DNA from: Caedibacter taeniospiralis
GTDB lineage: Bacteria; Pseudomonadota; Gammaproteobacteria; Francisellales; Francisellaceae
Direction of reading: 5' to 3'
Length of the DNA stretch: 32,000 nt
Assembly (NCBI RefSeq): GCF_002803295.2
Contig: NZ_PGGB02000002.1
Location: forward strand, 73,476-105,475
Each line of letters opens with the position of its first letter. Positions within the stretch are counted from its first letter, which is position 1. The notes under the pieces were generated by a model that was given only the letters and a program-made list of their open reading frames with translations, was not told the DNA's origin and did no database searches. Below, one piece after another: positions 19,602-28,565 of this stretch. Position numbers and translations under genes: made by a program.

Positions 19602-19630
19602 ATGTTAAAGATTTTTGAGAAACTTGACAA
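19602..19630 (-). promoter_or_regulatory. Candidate sigma70 promoter for purA (TTGTCA-N17-TAACAT)
   Basis: On the minus strand, TTGTCA is at 19630-19625, followed by a 17-nt spacer and TAACAT at 19607-19602. The hexamer ends 31 nt before the GTG. Confidence 0.35.
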
Positions 19631-19725
19631 ATGAAATGCTTGTTTTTATTGAATAACCCCAGTCATTAAGTTGGAGAACCCTAAGTCCTAATGGCACTAA
19701 AGTCCGACAATGGACTGAAAGATTG

Positions 19726-21243
19726 TCATTTCTTGGCGCTCATTTCAGCAATTTTCGTCTTCCATTCCATGGGTCCTGTGTGGTGTACTGATATTCCCTG
19801 GCTGTCAACTGCAACGGTAACAGGCATATCTTCTACTTCAAACTCATAAATTGCTTCCATGCCCAAATCCTCAAACCCCACGACTTTTGCCTGGCGAATT
19901 GATTTAGAAATCAGATAGGCAGCACCTCCCACTGCCATTAAATAAACAGCTTTGTGTTTTTTAATCGAATCAATGGTTGTTTGCCCGCGTTCTGCTTTAC
20001 CTACCATGCCAGCAATACCAACACTGCCTAACATAAAATCGGTGAACTTATCCATACGTGTCGCCGTTGTGGGACCAGCAGGACCCGCAACCTCATCACC
20101 AACGGGATCAACAGGACCCACATAATAGATAAACTTACCTTTTAAATCGACAGCTAATGGCTCGCCATTTTGCACCATATCTACGATACGGTTATGTGCG
20201 GCATCTCGCCCCGTTAATAATTTGCCATTGAGCAACAACGTTTCCCCTGGTTTTAAGTTTTCAATCTCCTTTTGGGTAATCGTGTTTAAATCAATTCTTC
20301 TGACTTGTGATTTATCTGTTTCTGTGATGACTGGCCAGTCTTCTAGTTTCGGCACAGGTAATTTCGCGATGCCTGAGCCATCCAGGCTAAAGCGAACATG
20401 CCTTGTGGCAGCACAGTTTGGAATTAACGCAACGGGCTTACATGCTGCATGGGTTGGGTATTCATGAATTTTCACATCTAACACGGTTGTTAGCCCACCC
20501 AAGCCTTGCGCACCGATACCCAAGGCATTAATCCTGTGATAAAGCTCAACACGCAGTTTCTCAAGCTCGGTTTGTGCGCCACGTTCAAGAATCTCGTGCA
20601 TGTTGATTTCTTCGCCCAAAGACTCTTTTGCCAAAAGCATTGCTTTTTCTGCTGTACCTCCAATCCCAATGCCAACAATACCAGGCGGACACCATCCAGC
20701 ACCCATTGTTGGTACCGTTTCAATTACCCAATCAACAATGCTGTCACTTGGGTTTAACACCTTAAATTTAGATTTAAATTCAGAACCGCCGCCTTTTGCC
20801 GCAAGCTCAATATCAATATTTGACCCAGGCACCATATCGATATGTACGATGGCTGGTGTATTATCTTTGGTATTTTTGCGCGCACCATGTGGTGGACTCA
20901 CCATGGATGCTCTTAATGGATTCTCTGTGTTTAAATAGGCACGGCGCACGCCTTCATTGACAAGCTCTGTAATGGTGCGATCGGTGTGATCAAGCCGTGC
21001 TTCCATCCCGACTTTAACAAAAGCACACACCATACCTGTGTCCTGACAAATGGGTCTATGACCATAGGCAGCCATCCGTGAATTTATCAAGATCTGACCA
21101 ATAGCATCTTTGGCAGGTTTTGATTCCTCGTGCTGATACGCACGATACATCGCCTGTACAAAGTCTTTAGGGTGATAATAGGAAATGAATTGCAATCCAT
21201 CGGCAACGCTTTGAATAAAATCTTCTACTTTAATAACTGACAT
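19726..21243 (-). CDS. fumA: Class I (Fe-S dependent) fumarate hydratase, fused alpha/beta type
   Basis: From ATG 21243 (GAGG 8 nt upstream): MSVIKVEDFIQSVADGLQFISYYHPKDF... Also PICQDTGMV and GAGWCPPGIVGIGIGG. 505 aa. The track's 96-codon N-terminal extension (to 21531) has no family resemblance. Confidence 0.88.
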   Translation of the reverse strand: MSVIKVEDFIQSVADGLQFISYYHPKDFVQAMYRAYQHEESKPAKDAIGQILINSRMAAYGHRPICQDTGMVCAFVKVGMEARLDHTDRTITELVNEGVRRAYLNTENPLRASMVSPPHGARKNTKDNTPAIVHIDMVPGSNIDIELAAKGGGSEFKSKFKVLNPSDSIVDWVIETVPTMGAGWCPPGIVGIGIGGTAEKAMLLAKESLGEEINMHEILERGAQTELEKLRVELYHRINALGIGAQGLGGLTTVLDVKIHEYPTHAACKPVALIPNCAATRHVRFSLDGSGIAKLPVPKLEDWPVITETDKSQVRRIDLNTITQKEIENLKPGETLLLNGKLLTGRDAAHNRIVDMVQNGEPLAVDLKGKFIYYVGPVDPVGDEVAGPAGPTTATRMDKFTDFMLGSVGIAGMVGKAERGQTTIDSIKKHKAVYLMAVGGAAYLISKSIRQAKVVGFEDLGMEAIYEFEVEDMPVTVAVDSQGISVHHTGPMEWKTKIAEMSAKK

Positions 21244-21633
21244 ACAAATGCCTCTATTGGTTAAACTTCGCGGCATTTTAGCAATTATTATTGCTAAGTG
21301 CGACTGCCAAAAGACGAGAACAATTTCGTCCATGGCGTATTGCATACGTCTTTGCAGCGAGAAATAAAGGTAATGATCGAAAAAAGTGTTATTAATCACA
21401 AGACGCAACAAATAAGCTGATTTACCTGTTAGAAACCTGGACTTGCGACAATCTCGCGACAAAACTTGTGACACTTGTTTCTGCAATAAAAGAGCCTTGC
21501 AAAATAATTCTGGTATTGCTGGCGCTAACATTTAGATAAATGTGCAAATACCGATAAACATACTTTATACTTTGGCAAGATGGCATTAGAATCTCCACCA
21601 CAATTAAGAAAATGTCAAGCCGTTCTCATTACA

Positions 21634-22437
21634 ATGCGTGATTTTGCAAAAAACCATACAGTCGCTCCAAGACCACAAAATAAGGTACCAAGAGACAGTA
21701 CGAAGCCGTCTTCGTTCGCCCTAAGAAAAGTGATTTTAGCCATATTATTACTGATTCTTATCGTCGCTTTTATGATGAGTTTTTACAACAAGAACGGTAG
21801 CAAGGCGCAAGTCACGCCGTTGACACAGACCACTATCCAGCAAGCACCTCCAGCGCAAAAAAGTGATCAGCAAAGAGCGGTCCAGACATCTGAAAAATTG
21901 CTGAGCACTCCTGTCGCAGTGCCTCAAGCTTCCAGTAATGTTACCGTCGATACAGCAACCCCCAGCGCGAAGAATAACAGCGATGAGGGAAAATCAGGTG
22001 CTCTTTCGGCAGCACAAAGTGCCAATACCAGTAGCAATACCAATACCAATAAAGAGTCTCCGACAACATCCAAAAAGGCTACCCAGCAGCAGCCACTTAC
22101 TTTTACGTTCTATGATACATTAACCAATAAAACAGTTCAGGTGGATACTAACCCTGAAAAGTTAAAACAATATCGTTATACCTACATGCTGCAAATTGGC
22201 TCCTACCGCAATTTAAGTGATGCCAACGCCACACGCGCTAAACTCATTCTTGCAGGGCTTAAACCAAGCTTGAAGAAAGTGGGGGACTGGTACCGCCTGG
22301 ATGTGGGACCCGTGTACACCCAGCGCGATGGCGATGTATTAAAGCACAAAGTAGAAGCAGCAGGCATTTCAGGGAGTATTTTGCGGGAGGTTGATAGGCA
22401 GGAAATTCCCGAGCAGACAAGCGATGCAACGCGCTAA
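21634..22437 (+). CDS. SPOR-domain cell-division protein, FtsN-like
   Basis: MRDFAKNH...basic tail, a single TM (VILAILLLILIVAFMM), a low-complexity Q/S/T/P linker, and a C-terminal SPOR domain (YMLQIGSYRNLSDANATRAKLILAGLKPSLKKVGDWYRLDVGPV). I prefer ATG 21634 over 21580 by analogy with FtsN N-termini. Confidence 0.72.
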   Translation: MRDFAKNHTVAPRPQNKVPRDSTKPSSFALRKVILAILLLILIVAFMMSFYNKNGSKAQVTPLTQTTIQQAPPAQKSDQQRAVQTSEKLLSTPVAVPQASSNVTVDTATPSAKNNSDEGKSGALSAAQSANTSSNTNTNKESPTTSKKATQQQPLTFTFYDTLTNKTVQVDTNPEKLKQYRYTYMLQIGSYRNLSDANATRAKLILAGLKPSLKKVGDWYRLDVGPVYTQRDGDVLKHKVEAAGISGSILREVDRQEIPEQTSDATR

Positions 22438-22475
22438 GATGATGCAAGCACAGGTGCGCGAGGATTTTAATGCCT

Positions 22476-22944
22476 TTAGGTCCGCTGAATATAACTCATA
22501 AGTTCCTTTGCTAAATATTGATGAATAACAGTTGTTGGGTGCATGCCGTTGTAGAACAAAAAACCTGCGCAATAGGGAAAATCCCCTGCCTTAGCACAGG
22601 TAAGATCAACCTTTTGGATGATCCTGAGTTTCTGTAAAATATGCTCTTTATTAAAATAAACATCAAGGAAAAGCTGGTCAATTGGAAAGATGTGATTGGC
22701 AGAAAAGCGCCCGAGGGTTTGCAATACGAGATTGATGTGCAAATTCAGATTATACAGTTGTGAAATGCTCGAAATAAGCGTAAGCACAGCACGATGTGCG
22801 TAGTTATTTTTAACATGTTCACCCACCAGGTTGGTTAGCGCAGGCACCATTGAAAAGTCGGGCAGGTTTAAAACATAGATATGAGAAGCAGGAACCCCTT
22901 TATCCATAAGGAGTTTCACCGCCTGCACGATATTGTCAATCGGA
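22476..22944 (-). pseudogene. 3' fragment of a GDSL/SGNH (GCAT-like) lipase gene split by the IS
   Basis: ...IDNIVQAVKLLMDKGVPASHIYVLNLPDFSMVPAL...FLFYNGMHPTTVIHQYLAKEL. This is block V; compare the Aeromonas GCAT motif FWDQVHPTTVVH. The first 13 codons of the track ORF (to 22982) are IS-derived. Confidence 0.8.
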
Positions 22945-22970
22945 GAGTTATTGTCAAATTTAGTGTATGG
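22936..22970. repeat. Target-site duplication copy (22936-22944, TCAATCGGA) plus IS terminal inverted repeat (22945-22970)
   Basis: IR is GAGTTATTGTCAAATTTAGTGTATGG. 22 of 26 positions match the reverse complement of 24350-24375. Confidence 0.85.
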
Positions 22971-24375
22971 CTTAAGCGGCATTTTGTTTATCCTGTTTTA
23001 TTTTGTCTACTTCATGCTCAGAGATCCCATCAATAAATTTAACCATATTAATCACCTCAGCCAGTCGCTGATGGCCTCTTAATCTCGACCAGGTTTTCTC
23101 AGCCTGTCTAGCAAGTTTAAAGAAAGCGCAAAGTAGCGTTTCTCTTGAGTAGCAACCTCTGGCTTGTCGGGTTCGGTGTCGTATCGTTGCAAAGCTTGAT
23201 TCAATTGGATTCGTAGAGCGAATATGACACCAATGTTCGGCAGGGAAGTTGTAAAAAGTAAACATTCTTTCTTTATCTTTCGTCAGACACTCAACCGCTT
23301 TAGGATACCTGGCCTCATACGTCGCAACAAACTCTTTGTATGCTTCTTCTGCTTGCTCTTTCCCAGGGGCCATGTACATGTTTTACGCTAATTTGACTTT
23401 CTCTGGACTGCATAGCTTTAGGTAGCTTGTTAAGAATGTTCGCTGTTTTATGGACCCAGCAACGTTGACATTGCGTTTTAGGGAATTCTTTCTCAAGGGC
23501 AGACCAAAAGCCCATAGCACCATCACCCGTCGCTAATTCAGGCCCCGCTACCAATCCTCTGCGCTTGATATCACGCAATAACTCTGCCCAACTCTCCGCG
23601 CTTTCTCTAAAACCATCATCAAATGCAACAAGCTCTTTCTTCCCATCTACTGTCGCACCTATAATGACGAGCATACAGGTTTTTTCACTTTCCATGCGGG
23701 CTGTCAAATAAATCCCATCAACCCACCAGTAAACATAATGCTTATCCGATAAAGAACGACTCCGCCATAACGCAAGCTCAGCATGCCATGTCTCTTTTAA
23801 TCGACAAATCACCTGTGCCGATACATTTTTCGCATTTTCACCCAGTATGGGGGCTAAGGCCTGCTGAAAATGATTCGTCGAGATTCCCTGCAAATACAGC
23901 AAGGGTAACAACTCATCAATCGTTTTTGCTCGTCTCATATACGGTGGAATCAGCAGTGAGTGAAACTGAATACCTGTGCCTTTGCGATCTCTAACCTTAG
24001 ACTAGGCACTGTCACCTTCACGTTCCCAACCCCAGTTGCAACCTCTCGCGTAGGATGATAACCGTTACGAACAACCTGATGTTTCCCGTCATCCAGCTTC
24101 AAATCTGCCAATGAATCCATAAATTCTTTAAGCTCCACAAGGATCGCTTCGTGAATGGCTTTATTAGCTGCTTCTCTAATCAACCCAGTTAAAGCATCTT
24201 TTACTTCAGTATCTACTGTATTTTTAAGATCAAGTACGTTATCTTTACTCATGTGTGTATTCTTCTTTTGAGAGTTTTGTTACGCAAAATAATGCTATCA
24301 TTCTGCAGTGAATACACCACCTAAACAAGGCTGATTACTATATTCCAGCCCATACACTAAATTCGAGTATATCTC
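22945..24375 (-). mobile_element. IS256-family insertion sequence, 1431 bp, with a degenerate transposase
   Basis: 26-bp imperfect terminal IRs and a perfect 9-bp direct repeat, TCAATCGGA, at both flanks. The internal ORFs encode a Mutator/IS256-type transposase. Size, IR length and 8-9-bp duplication fit the IS256 family. Confidence 0.85.
22972..24252 (-). pseudogene. IS256-family (Transposase_mut) transposase, broken into three ORFs by at least two frameshifts
   Basis: The three pieces, 23950..24252, 23315..23938 and 22972..23379, are collinear with IS256-type transposases: VVRNGYHPTREVATGVGNVKVTVP; (frame jump) VRDRKGTGIQFHSLLIPPYMRRAKTIDELLPLLYLQGIST; WWVDGIY; TGDGAMGFWSALEKEFP; QRCWVHKTANILNKLPK; (frame jump) YMAPGKEQAEEAYKEFVATYEARYPKAVECL...FPAEHWCHIRSTNPIESSFATIRHRT. 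The shifts lie near 23993-24003 and 23371-23400. Confidence 0.85.
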
Positions 24376-24384
24376 TCAATCGGA
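24350..24384. repeat. IS terminal inverted repeat (24350-24375) plus second target-site duplication copy (24376-24384, TCAATCGGA)
   Basis: The reverse complement of 24350-24375 is GAGATATACTCGAATTTAGTGTATGG. Confidence 0.85.
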
Positions 24385-25028
24385 TGCGCTATTGCCTGTC
24401 CATTTCTTGATGCGATGCGTACAATATTTTGATAAAAATCATTTCCTCCAGCCCAGATAATAAAAAGCGTATTGGGATTTGGCTTATTAGCAACGTTTGA
24501 CAAATACAGCTGCAACTGCTTTAGTACTCCAGGAACGCAGTTGTAGTTACCGTAATCACCAATACCATTCTGGCACTGTGCCATGCTGTCGCGTGCCCAT
24601 GTTGTATCCGTCAGATAATAGTCGCCAGTTTCCGCTGAGGCTGTGGCAAAAGAAACATTTTTTGCATAGGCGGCATTTTTCACCAAGCCTTTGATATTAG
24701 AAAAATCACTGCCTGCTTCAAGCGGCATTTCTACCAAAAAATAATTCAACCAGGTTTTACGCACTGGATTTTGGGTCGAAATTTCATTGGTAATAGGCGC
24801 ACCAAGCTGATTAACAATGCCCTCAGGCTTCACCCAATAATTGTTACCCATATTCTGCCCATCTGGCGCACTATCACTTAGACTGTCACCAAAGACAATC
24901 ACATTAGCGTATTGTTTAGCCACAGCTGGATATCTCATTTTTGCCTGGCGATTAAGCAGTGAAATCACGACGATTACCACAATCAGTGACAGTAATAAAC
25001 CCCAAAAAATCCTTTTTAACATAAGCAC
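24376..25028 (-). pseudogene. 5' fragment of the GDSL/SGNH (GCAT-like) lipase gene split by the IS
   Basis: N-terminal TM/signal anchor (IFWGLLLSLIVVIVVISLL), block I IVFGDSLSDS, block III FIIWAGGNDF. The frame reads through ...AIAHPI into the IS and stops at 24357. Confidence 0.8.
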
Positions 25029-25033
25029 CTCTT

Positions 25034-25729
25034 TTATTCTCGCTGCCCAAAGATGGCGCTTCCGACTCTTATTATGGTGCTTCCTGCAGCAATTGCGGCT
25101 TCCATATCAGCACTCATCCCCATCGAAAGTTGATCCATATTAAGCTTAAATTTTTGATTTAATGTTTCTTTTAAGCTTGCCAGGCGAGTGAAGCTTGTTA
25201 TTTGCTGCTGGTAATCCTCACTTTCTTGCAGCATACACATTAACCCACGTAACACCAGGTTAGGGCAGTTGCCAACATAGCCAACAAGCGCATCAATCTG
25301 ACCGATCTGTGCGATTGAGATGCCTGATTTTTGCGGTTCCATATCAACATTGATCTGTAGGCAAACCTGCATTTGTTTGGAAAGTTCCTGACAATGCCAT
25401 TGCAATTTTTGTGCGTGTCCTAACTCGGATAGGGTATGTACCCAATGAAAACATTGCGCAATTTTCTTAAGCTTATTTGACTGAATTCTGCCAATGTAAT
25501 GCCAACGGATATCGGGTGGCAGCTGTGGAATTTTATCCATGGATTCCTGAACAAAGCTTTCGGCAAAATCCCTTACCCCACAGTTATAAATTTGCTCTAT
25601 CGCTTCTATACTCTGTTTTTTAGACACTGCTAGTAACAACGGTGGGCGCGAAAGAGGAGGTGAAAACTGAACTATCTTTTTTTGAGTCATGACTAAATTT
25701 TGTCGCAGTTGTTGTCGCGTATCATTCAT
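25034..25729 (-). CDS. yggS: YggS-family pyridoxal-phosphate homeostasis protein
   Basis: LLAVSKKQ (PLP Lys), WHYIGRIQSNKLKKIA, LSMGMSADMEAAIAAGSTIIRVGSAIFG. Divergent from pilT, as in Pseudomonas. Confidence 0.9.
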   Translation of the reverse strand: MNDTRQQLRQNLVMTQKKIVQFSPPLSRPPLLLAVSKKQSIEAIEQIYNCGVRDFAESFVQESMDKIPQLPPDIRWHYIGRIQSNKLKKIAQCFHWVHTLSELGHAQKLQWHCQELSKQMQVCLQINVDMEPQKSGISIAQIGQIDALVGYVGNCPNLVLRGLMCMLQESEDYQQQITSFTRLASLKETLNQKFKLNMDQLSMGMSADMEAAIAAGSTIIRVGSAIFGQRE

Positions 25730-25775
25730 CTGCTATAGTTTCAAATATGGATTTTAAGTAAAGGGACATCATAGC

Positions 25776-26816
25776 ATGAACTTAAAGGAATTATTATCGC
25801 TTTGTGTAAGTCGAAAAGCCTCGGATTTGCATATTTCAAGCGGTGTCCTCCCTATGCTGCGTATAGATGGACACATGGAATCTATCGATCAAACACCACT
25901 GCAGGCTGGTATGGTGCACATGTTTATTAAAGACCTTATGAACCCAGAGCAGCTAGACCAATTTCAGGAAACACTGGAATATGATTTCTCCATCCATGCT
26001 CCTGAAATTCATTCGCGCTTCAGGGTTAATGCCTTTATGCAGGATCGAGGTCCTGCGATTGTCTTTCGCCTGATTCCTGAAAGCGTGCATAGTTTGGAGG
26101 ATCTCAAAGCGCCTGAAATCTTCAAGCAATTGACGCATCAGCTGTATGGCTTGATTGTGGTCACAGGTCCAACAGGTAGTGGCAAAAGCACGACTCTGGC
26201 AGCTATGATTGATCATATTAACAAGACAGAGAAAGGGCATATTATTTCAATTGAGGATCCTATCGAATTTACGCATATCCCGGAGAAATGTCTGATCAAT
26301 CAACGGGAGGTCAAGCGTGATACTTTAAGCTTTAATAACGCATTACGTGCTGCTCTTCGCGAAGATCCTGACTACATTTTAGTAGGGGAAATGCGTGATA
26401 TTGAAACAATTCGTTTGGCTCTTACAGCCGCAGAAACAGGGCACTTGGTTTTTGCCACACTACATACTTCATCTGCACCTAAGACCATTGATCGCATCAT
26501 TAATGTATTTCCAGGAGATGAGCAATCAATGATCCGTTCAATGTTATCCGAGTCATTACAAGCGGTCATTGCACAAAGGCTTATTAGCAAAAAAGAGGGT
26601 GGCAGAGTTGCCGCACACGAAATCCTCATTGCTAATACTGCTGTGAGAAATTTAATTCGCGAGAATAAAATTCCTCAGCTTTATAATGTACTACAAACCA
26701 GTCAGAGCAAAGGCATGCAAACCTTTCAACAGGCACTCATAAAGCTTTTTAATCAAGGAGTGATTAGTGATGTTGAGCTTAAAAAATATGATGGATCACA
26801 ACAATCGCTTGAGTGA
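25776..26816 (+). CDS. pilT: Type IV pilus retraction (twitching motility) ATPase
   Basis: Walker A GPTGSGKSTT, ILVGEMRD, FATLHT, and a PilT-type AVRNLIRE motif. 346 aa. Confidence 0.92.
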   Translation: MNLKELLSLCVSRKASDLHISSGVLPMLRIDGHMESIDQTPLQAGMVHMFIKDLMNPEQLDQFQETLEYDFSIHAPEIHSRFRVNAFMQDRGPAIVFRLIPESVHSLEDLKAPEIFKQLTHQLYGLIVVTGPTGSGKSTTLAAMIDHINKTEKGHIISIEDPIEFTHIPEKCLINQREVKRDTLSFNNALRAALREDPDYILVGEMRDIETIRLALTAAETGHLVFATLHTSSAPKTIDRIINVFPGDEQSMIRSMLSESLQAVIAQRLISKKEGGRVAAHEILIANTAVRNLIRENKIPQLYNVLQTSQSKGMQTFQQALIKLFNQGVISDVELKKYDGSQQSLE

Positions 26817-28268
26817 TCAGCGCCGCCAAAAATCAGGGGTAAATAACACCAGAATGGTGAAAACTTCTAAACGCCCCAAGAGCATTCCAAAGTTTAAAAG
26901 CCAATGGGCAGCAGCGGGCAACGTGGCGTAATTAACTCCAACCTGCCCAAGACCTGGTCCTGCATTAGAAATACTGGCTGCCACAGCGGAAAAAGCAGTT
27001 ATAGAGTCTACCCCAACCCCCATCATACATAGCCACAAAATAACAAATAAAATAAAATACGCCGCGACAAACCCCCATACACTACTCATCACACTTTCAG
27101 ACATGACTTTATTGCCAAACTTTATAGGAAATACGCCTGCTGGGTGCACCAGGCGTCTTGCTTCACGAAAAGCCTGTTTTCTTAGGAGTACCGCGCGCAC
27201 AATCTTAAGACCTCCAGAGCTTGAGCCCGCGCACCCTCCAACGAGTCCTATGATCATTAATAAAATTGGCAGAAATAAAGGCCACAGATGATAATTTGAA
27301 TCTGAGGTAAACCCTGTTGTTGTTATCAGGGATGCTACTTGAAATATGCCATCCCAAAAAGCACGTTCATTGTTTTTGCTGGCATCTTGCGAAATAAGCG
27401 TTAGCACTACGACTACCATCATTGAAAAAGCAAAAAAGATATAGGCTCTAAATTCAGGATCACGCCAATATATTTTAAGAGACATTTTGCGCAAAGCAGT
27501 GAAATGCAAGGCAAAGCTTGCACCACCAATGATCATGTAAAAAATACAGATCGAATAAACCAGTGGCGTCTGTCCTGCCATTGACGCATCGCTTGGGGCA
27601 AAACCAGCGGTGCTCACGGTTGAGTAGGCGTAACACACGGCATTAAACCAGCTCATGCCGCCAAGTTTGTAACTGATAATACATAACACCACCAACAATA
27701 AATAAACACCCCACAACACTTTTGCCGTATCAGCAATGCGTGGCGTTAGCTTATTTTCTTTCCAGGGACCATTAGCTTCTGCGCGATATAGCTGCATTCC
27801 TCCGACACCCAGCATCGGTAAAATAGCGACCGATAAGATAATAATCCCCATCCCACCTAGTAATTGTGTCTGCTGGCGATAGTACAAAAGACTCTTAGGC
27901 AGCACATCCAACCCGTGAATCACCGTAGCTCCTGTTGTGGTAAATCCCGAAATTGACTCAAACACGGCATCAGAGAAGCTTAGATCTAAGCCATTGGAGA
28001 GCATATAGGGAATGGCACCATATAGACCCAATACCGACCATATGGCAATCACCACAATAAAACCATCTTTAACCGTTAATTGTTTCCTGGACTTAGCGCT
28101 TAATGCCCAAAATGTCACCCCCGAAATCAGCGTAATTAAAAAGCTAAAGATAAAAGGCTCTGTATTGTGCTCGTCATAAATCCAGCTCACGACAATCGGC
28201 GTTAGCATCGTTAAACTAAAAAACATCAAGAGCATACCTAAGACTTTAAATATCGGACCTGGGCGCAT
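26817..28268 (-). CDS. trkH: Trk-system potassium uptake protein TrkH
   Basis: 483 aa, polytopic. Repeated pore-loop-like motifs (GFTTTGATV, STVSTAGFA, ITTTGFTS, SNAGPGLG). Its stop abuts the pilT stop with no spacer. Confidence 0.9.
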   Translation of the reverse strand: MRPGPIFKVLGMLLMFFSLTMLTPIVVSWIYDEHNTEPFIFSFLITLISGVTFWALSAKSRKQLTVKDGFIVVIAIWSVLGLYGAIPYMLSNGLDLSFSDAVFESISGFTTTGATVIHGLDVLPKSLLYYRQQTQLLGGMGIIILSVAILPMLGVGGMQLYRAEANGPWKENKLTPRIADTAKVLWGVYLLLVVLCIISYKLGGMSWFNAVCYAYSTVSTAGFAPSDASMAGQTPLVYSICIFYMIIGGASFALHFTALRKMSLKIYWRDPEFRAYIFFAFSMMVVVVLTLISQDASKNNERAFWDGIFQVASLITTTGFTSDSNYHLWPLFLPILLMIIGLVGGCAGSSSGGLKIVRAVLLRKQAFREARRLVHPAGVFPIKFGNKVMSESVMSSVWGFVAAYFILFVILWLCMMGVGVDSITAFSAVAASISNAGPGLGQVGVNYATLPAAAHWLLNFGMLLGRLEVFTILVLFTPDFWRR

Positions 28269-28326
28269 AAAGGGTCTTTTCCTAAAATTATTTAATCTGA
28301 TTCACATACTCGAACACGCACTACTT

Positions 28327-28493
28327 TTATACCCATCACAAACCATTTTACAGAATTTCTTGCTTTGCACTTTACGTGATTTTGGCAGATTGAATTTTGG
28401 CAATAGTCCCAGCTATTACCTGCAATCCAATCTGCCAAAATCTTCATAAACTGCTTCGCAATTAAACACCGCAAAATGATTTGTGATGGAGCG
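28327..28493. repeat. Long imperfect palindromic (hairpin-forming) intergenic element, MITE/REP-like
   Basis: Outer arms are CCATCACAAACCATTTT (28333-28349) versus AAAATGATTTGTGATGG (28473-28489), complementary at 16 of 17 positions. A perfect inner 15-bp IR joins GATTTTGGCAGATTG (28378-28392) to CAATCTGCCAAAATC (28428-28442). The sequence between the arms is also partly self-complementary, with its centre near 28410. The arm recurs at 993-1018. Confidence 0.6.
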
Positions 28494-28525
28494 CTGTTGG
28501 AATAGGCCTTTTCAAGGCATTCTAG

Positions 28526-28531
28526 TATAAT
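28526..28531 (+). promoter_or_regulatory. Perfect TATAAT hexamer ending 34 nt upstream of the small ORF at 28566
   Basis: Reads CTAGTATAATCGCAG. There is no convincing -35. The same TATAATCGC 9-mer occurs upstream of asnS. Confidence 0.3.
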
Positions 28532-28565
28532 CGCAGTCGAAATAGAAACAACAACTTAGGTCACC

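Noticed and set aside
19624-19629. Plus-strand TTGACA with a weak TATTGA 17 nt downstream
   Set aside because: There is no plus-strand gene downstream. The hexamer is simply the complement-overlap of the minus-strand TTGTCA -35 proposed for purA.
19690-19725. Possible intrinsic terminator after fumA (GACAAT-N10-ATTGTC or AGTCC-N6-GGACT on the minus strand)
   Set aside because: The stems are short and AT-rich, and only TT follows. This is too weak to call.
21244-21531. 96-codon N-terminal extension of the fumarase ORF in the track
   Set aside because: The extension has no resemblance to class I fumarases. An ATG with a GAGG RBS at 21243 begins the conserved MSVIKVEDF... N-terminus.
22530-22560. 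Asn instead of Asp three residues before the block V His (YNGMHPT) in the lipase, as possible evidence of prior inactivation
   Set aside because: In the GCAT subfamily, the catalytic Asp was mapped elsewhere in the sequence (Aeromonas GCAT Ser16/Asp116/His291, from memory). The substitution is therefore not diagnostic.
26814-26819. pilT and trkH stop codons abut with no intergenic spacer
   Set aside because: This is ordinary compact convergent gene packing. There is nothing to test beyond noting the absence of a terminator.
28350-28363. ACAGAATTTCTTGC, resembling the LetA/GacA box (TNAGAAATTTCTNA) upstream of Rsm-type sRNAs
   Set aside because: The palindrome is one A short. The downstream sequence has only two GGA motifs and does not look like an RsmY/Z-type RNA.
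28292-28474. 60-codon minus-strand ORF upstream of trkH
   Set aside because: It lies entirely within the imperfect palindromic element. It has no RBS and is Cys/Trp-rich and low in complexity. The palindrome explains the open frame.
28327-28493. Integron attC-like site, considered because the element is an imperfect palindrome of typical attC length
   Set aside because: There are no RYYYAAC/GTTRRRY core sites at the ends, and no integrase or cassette array in the window.
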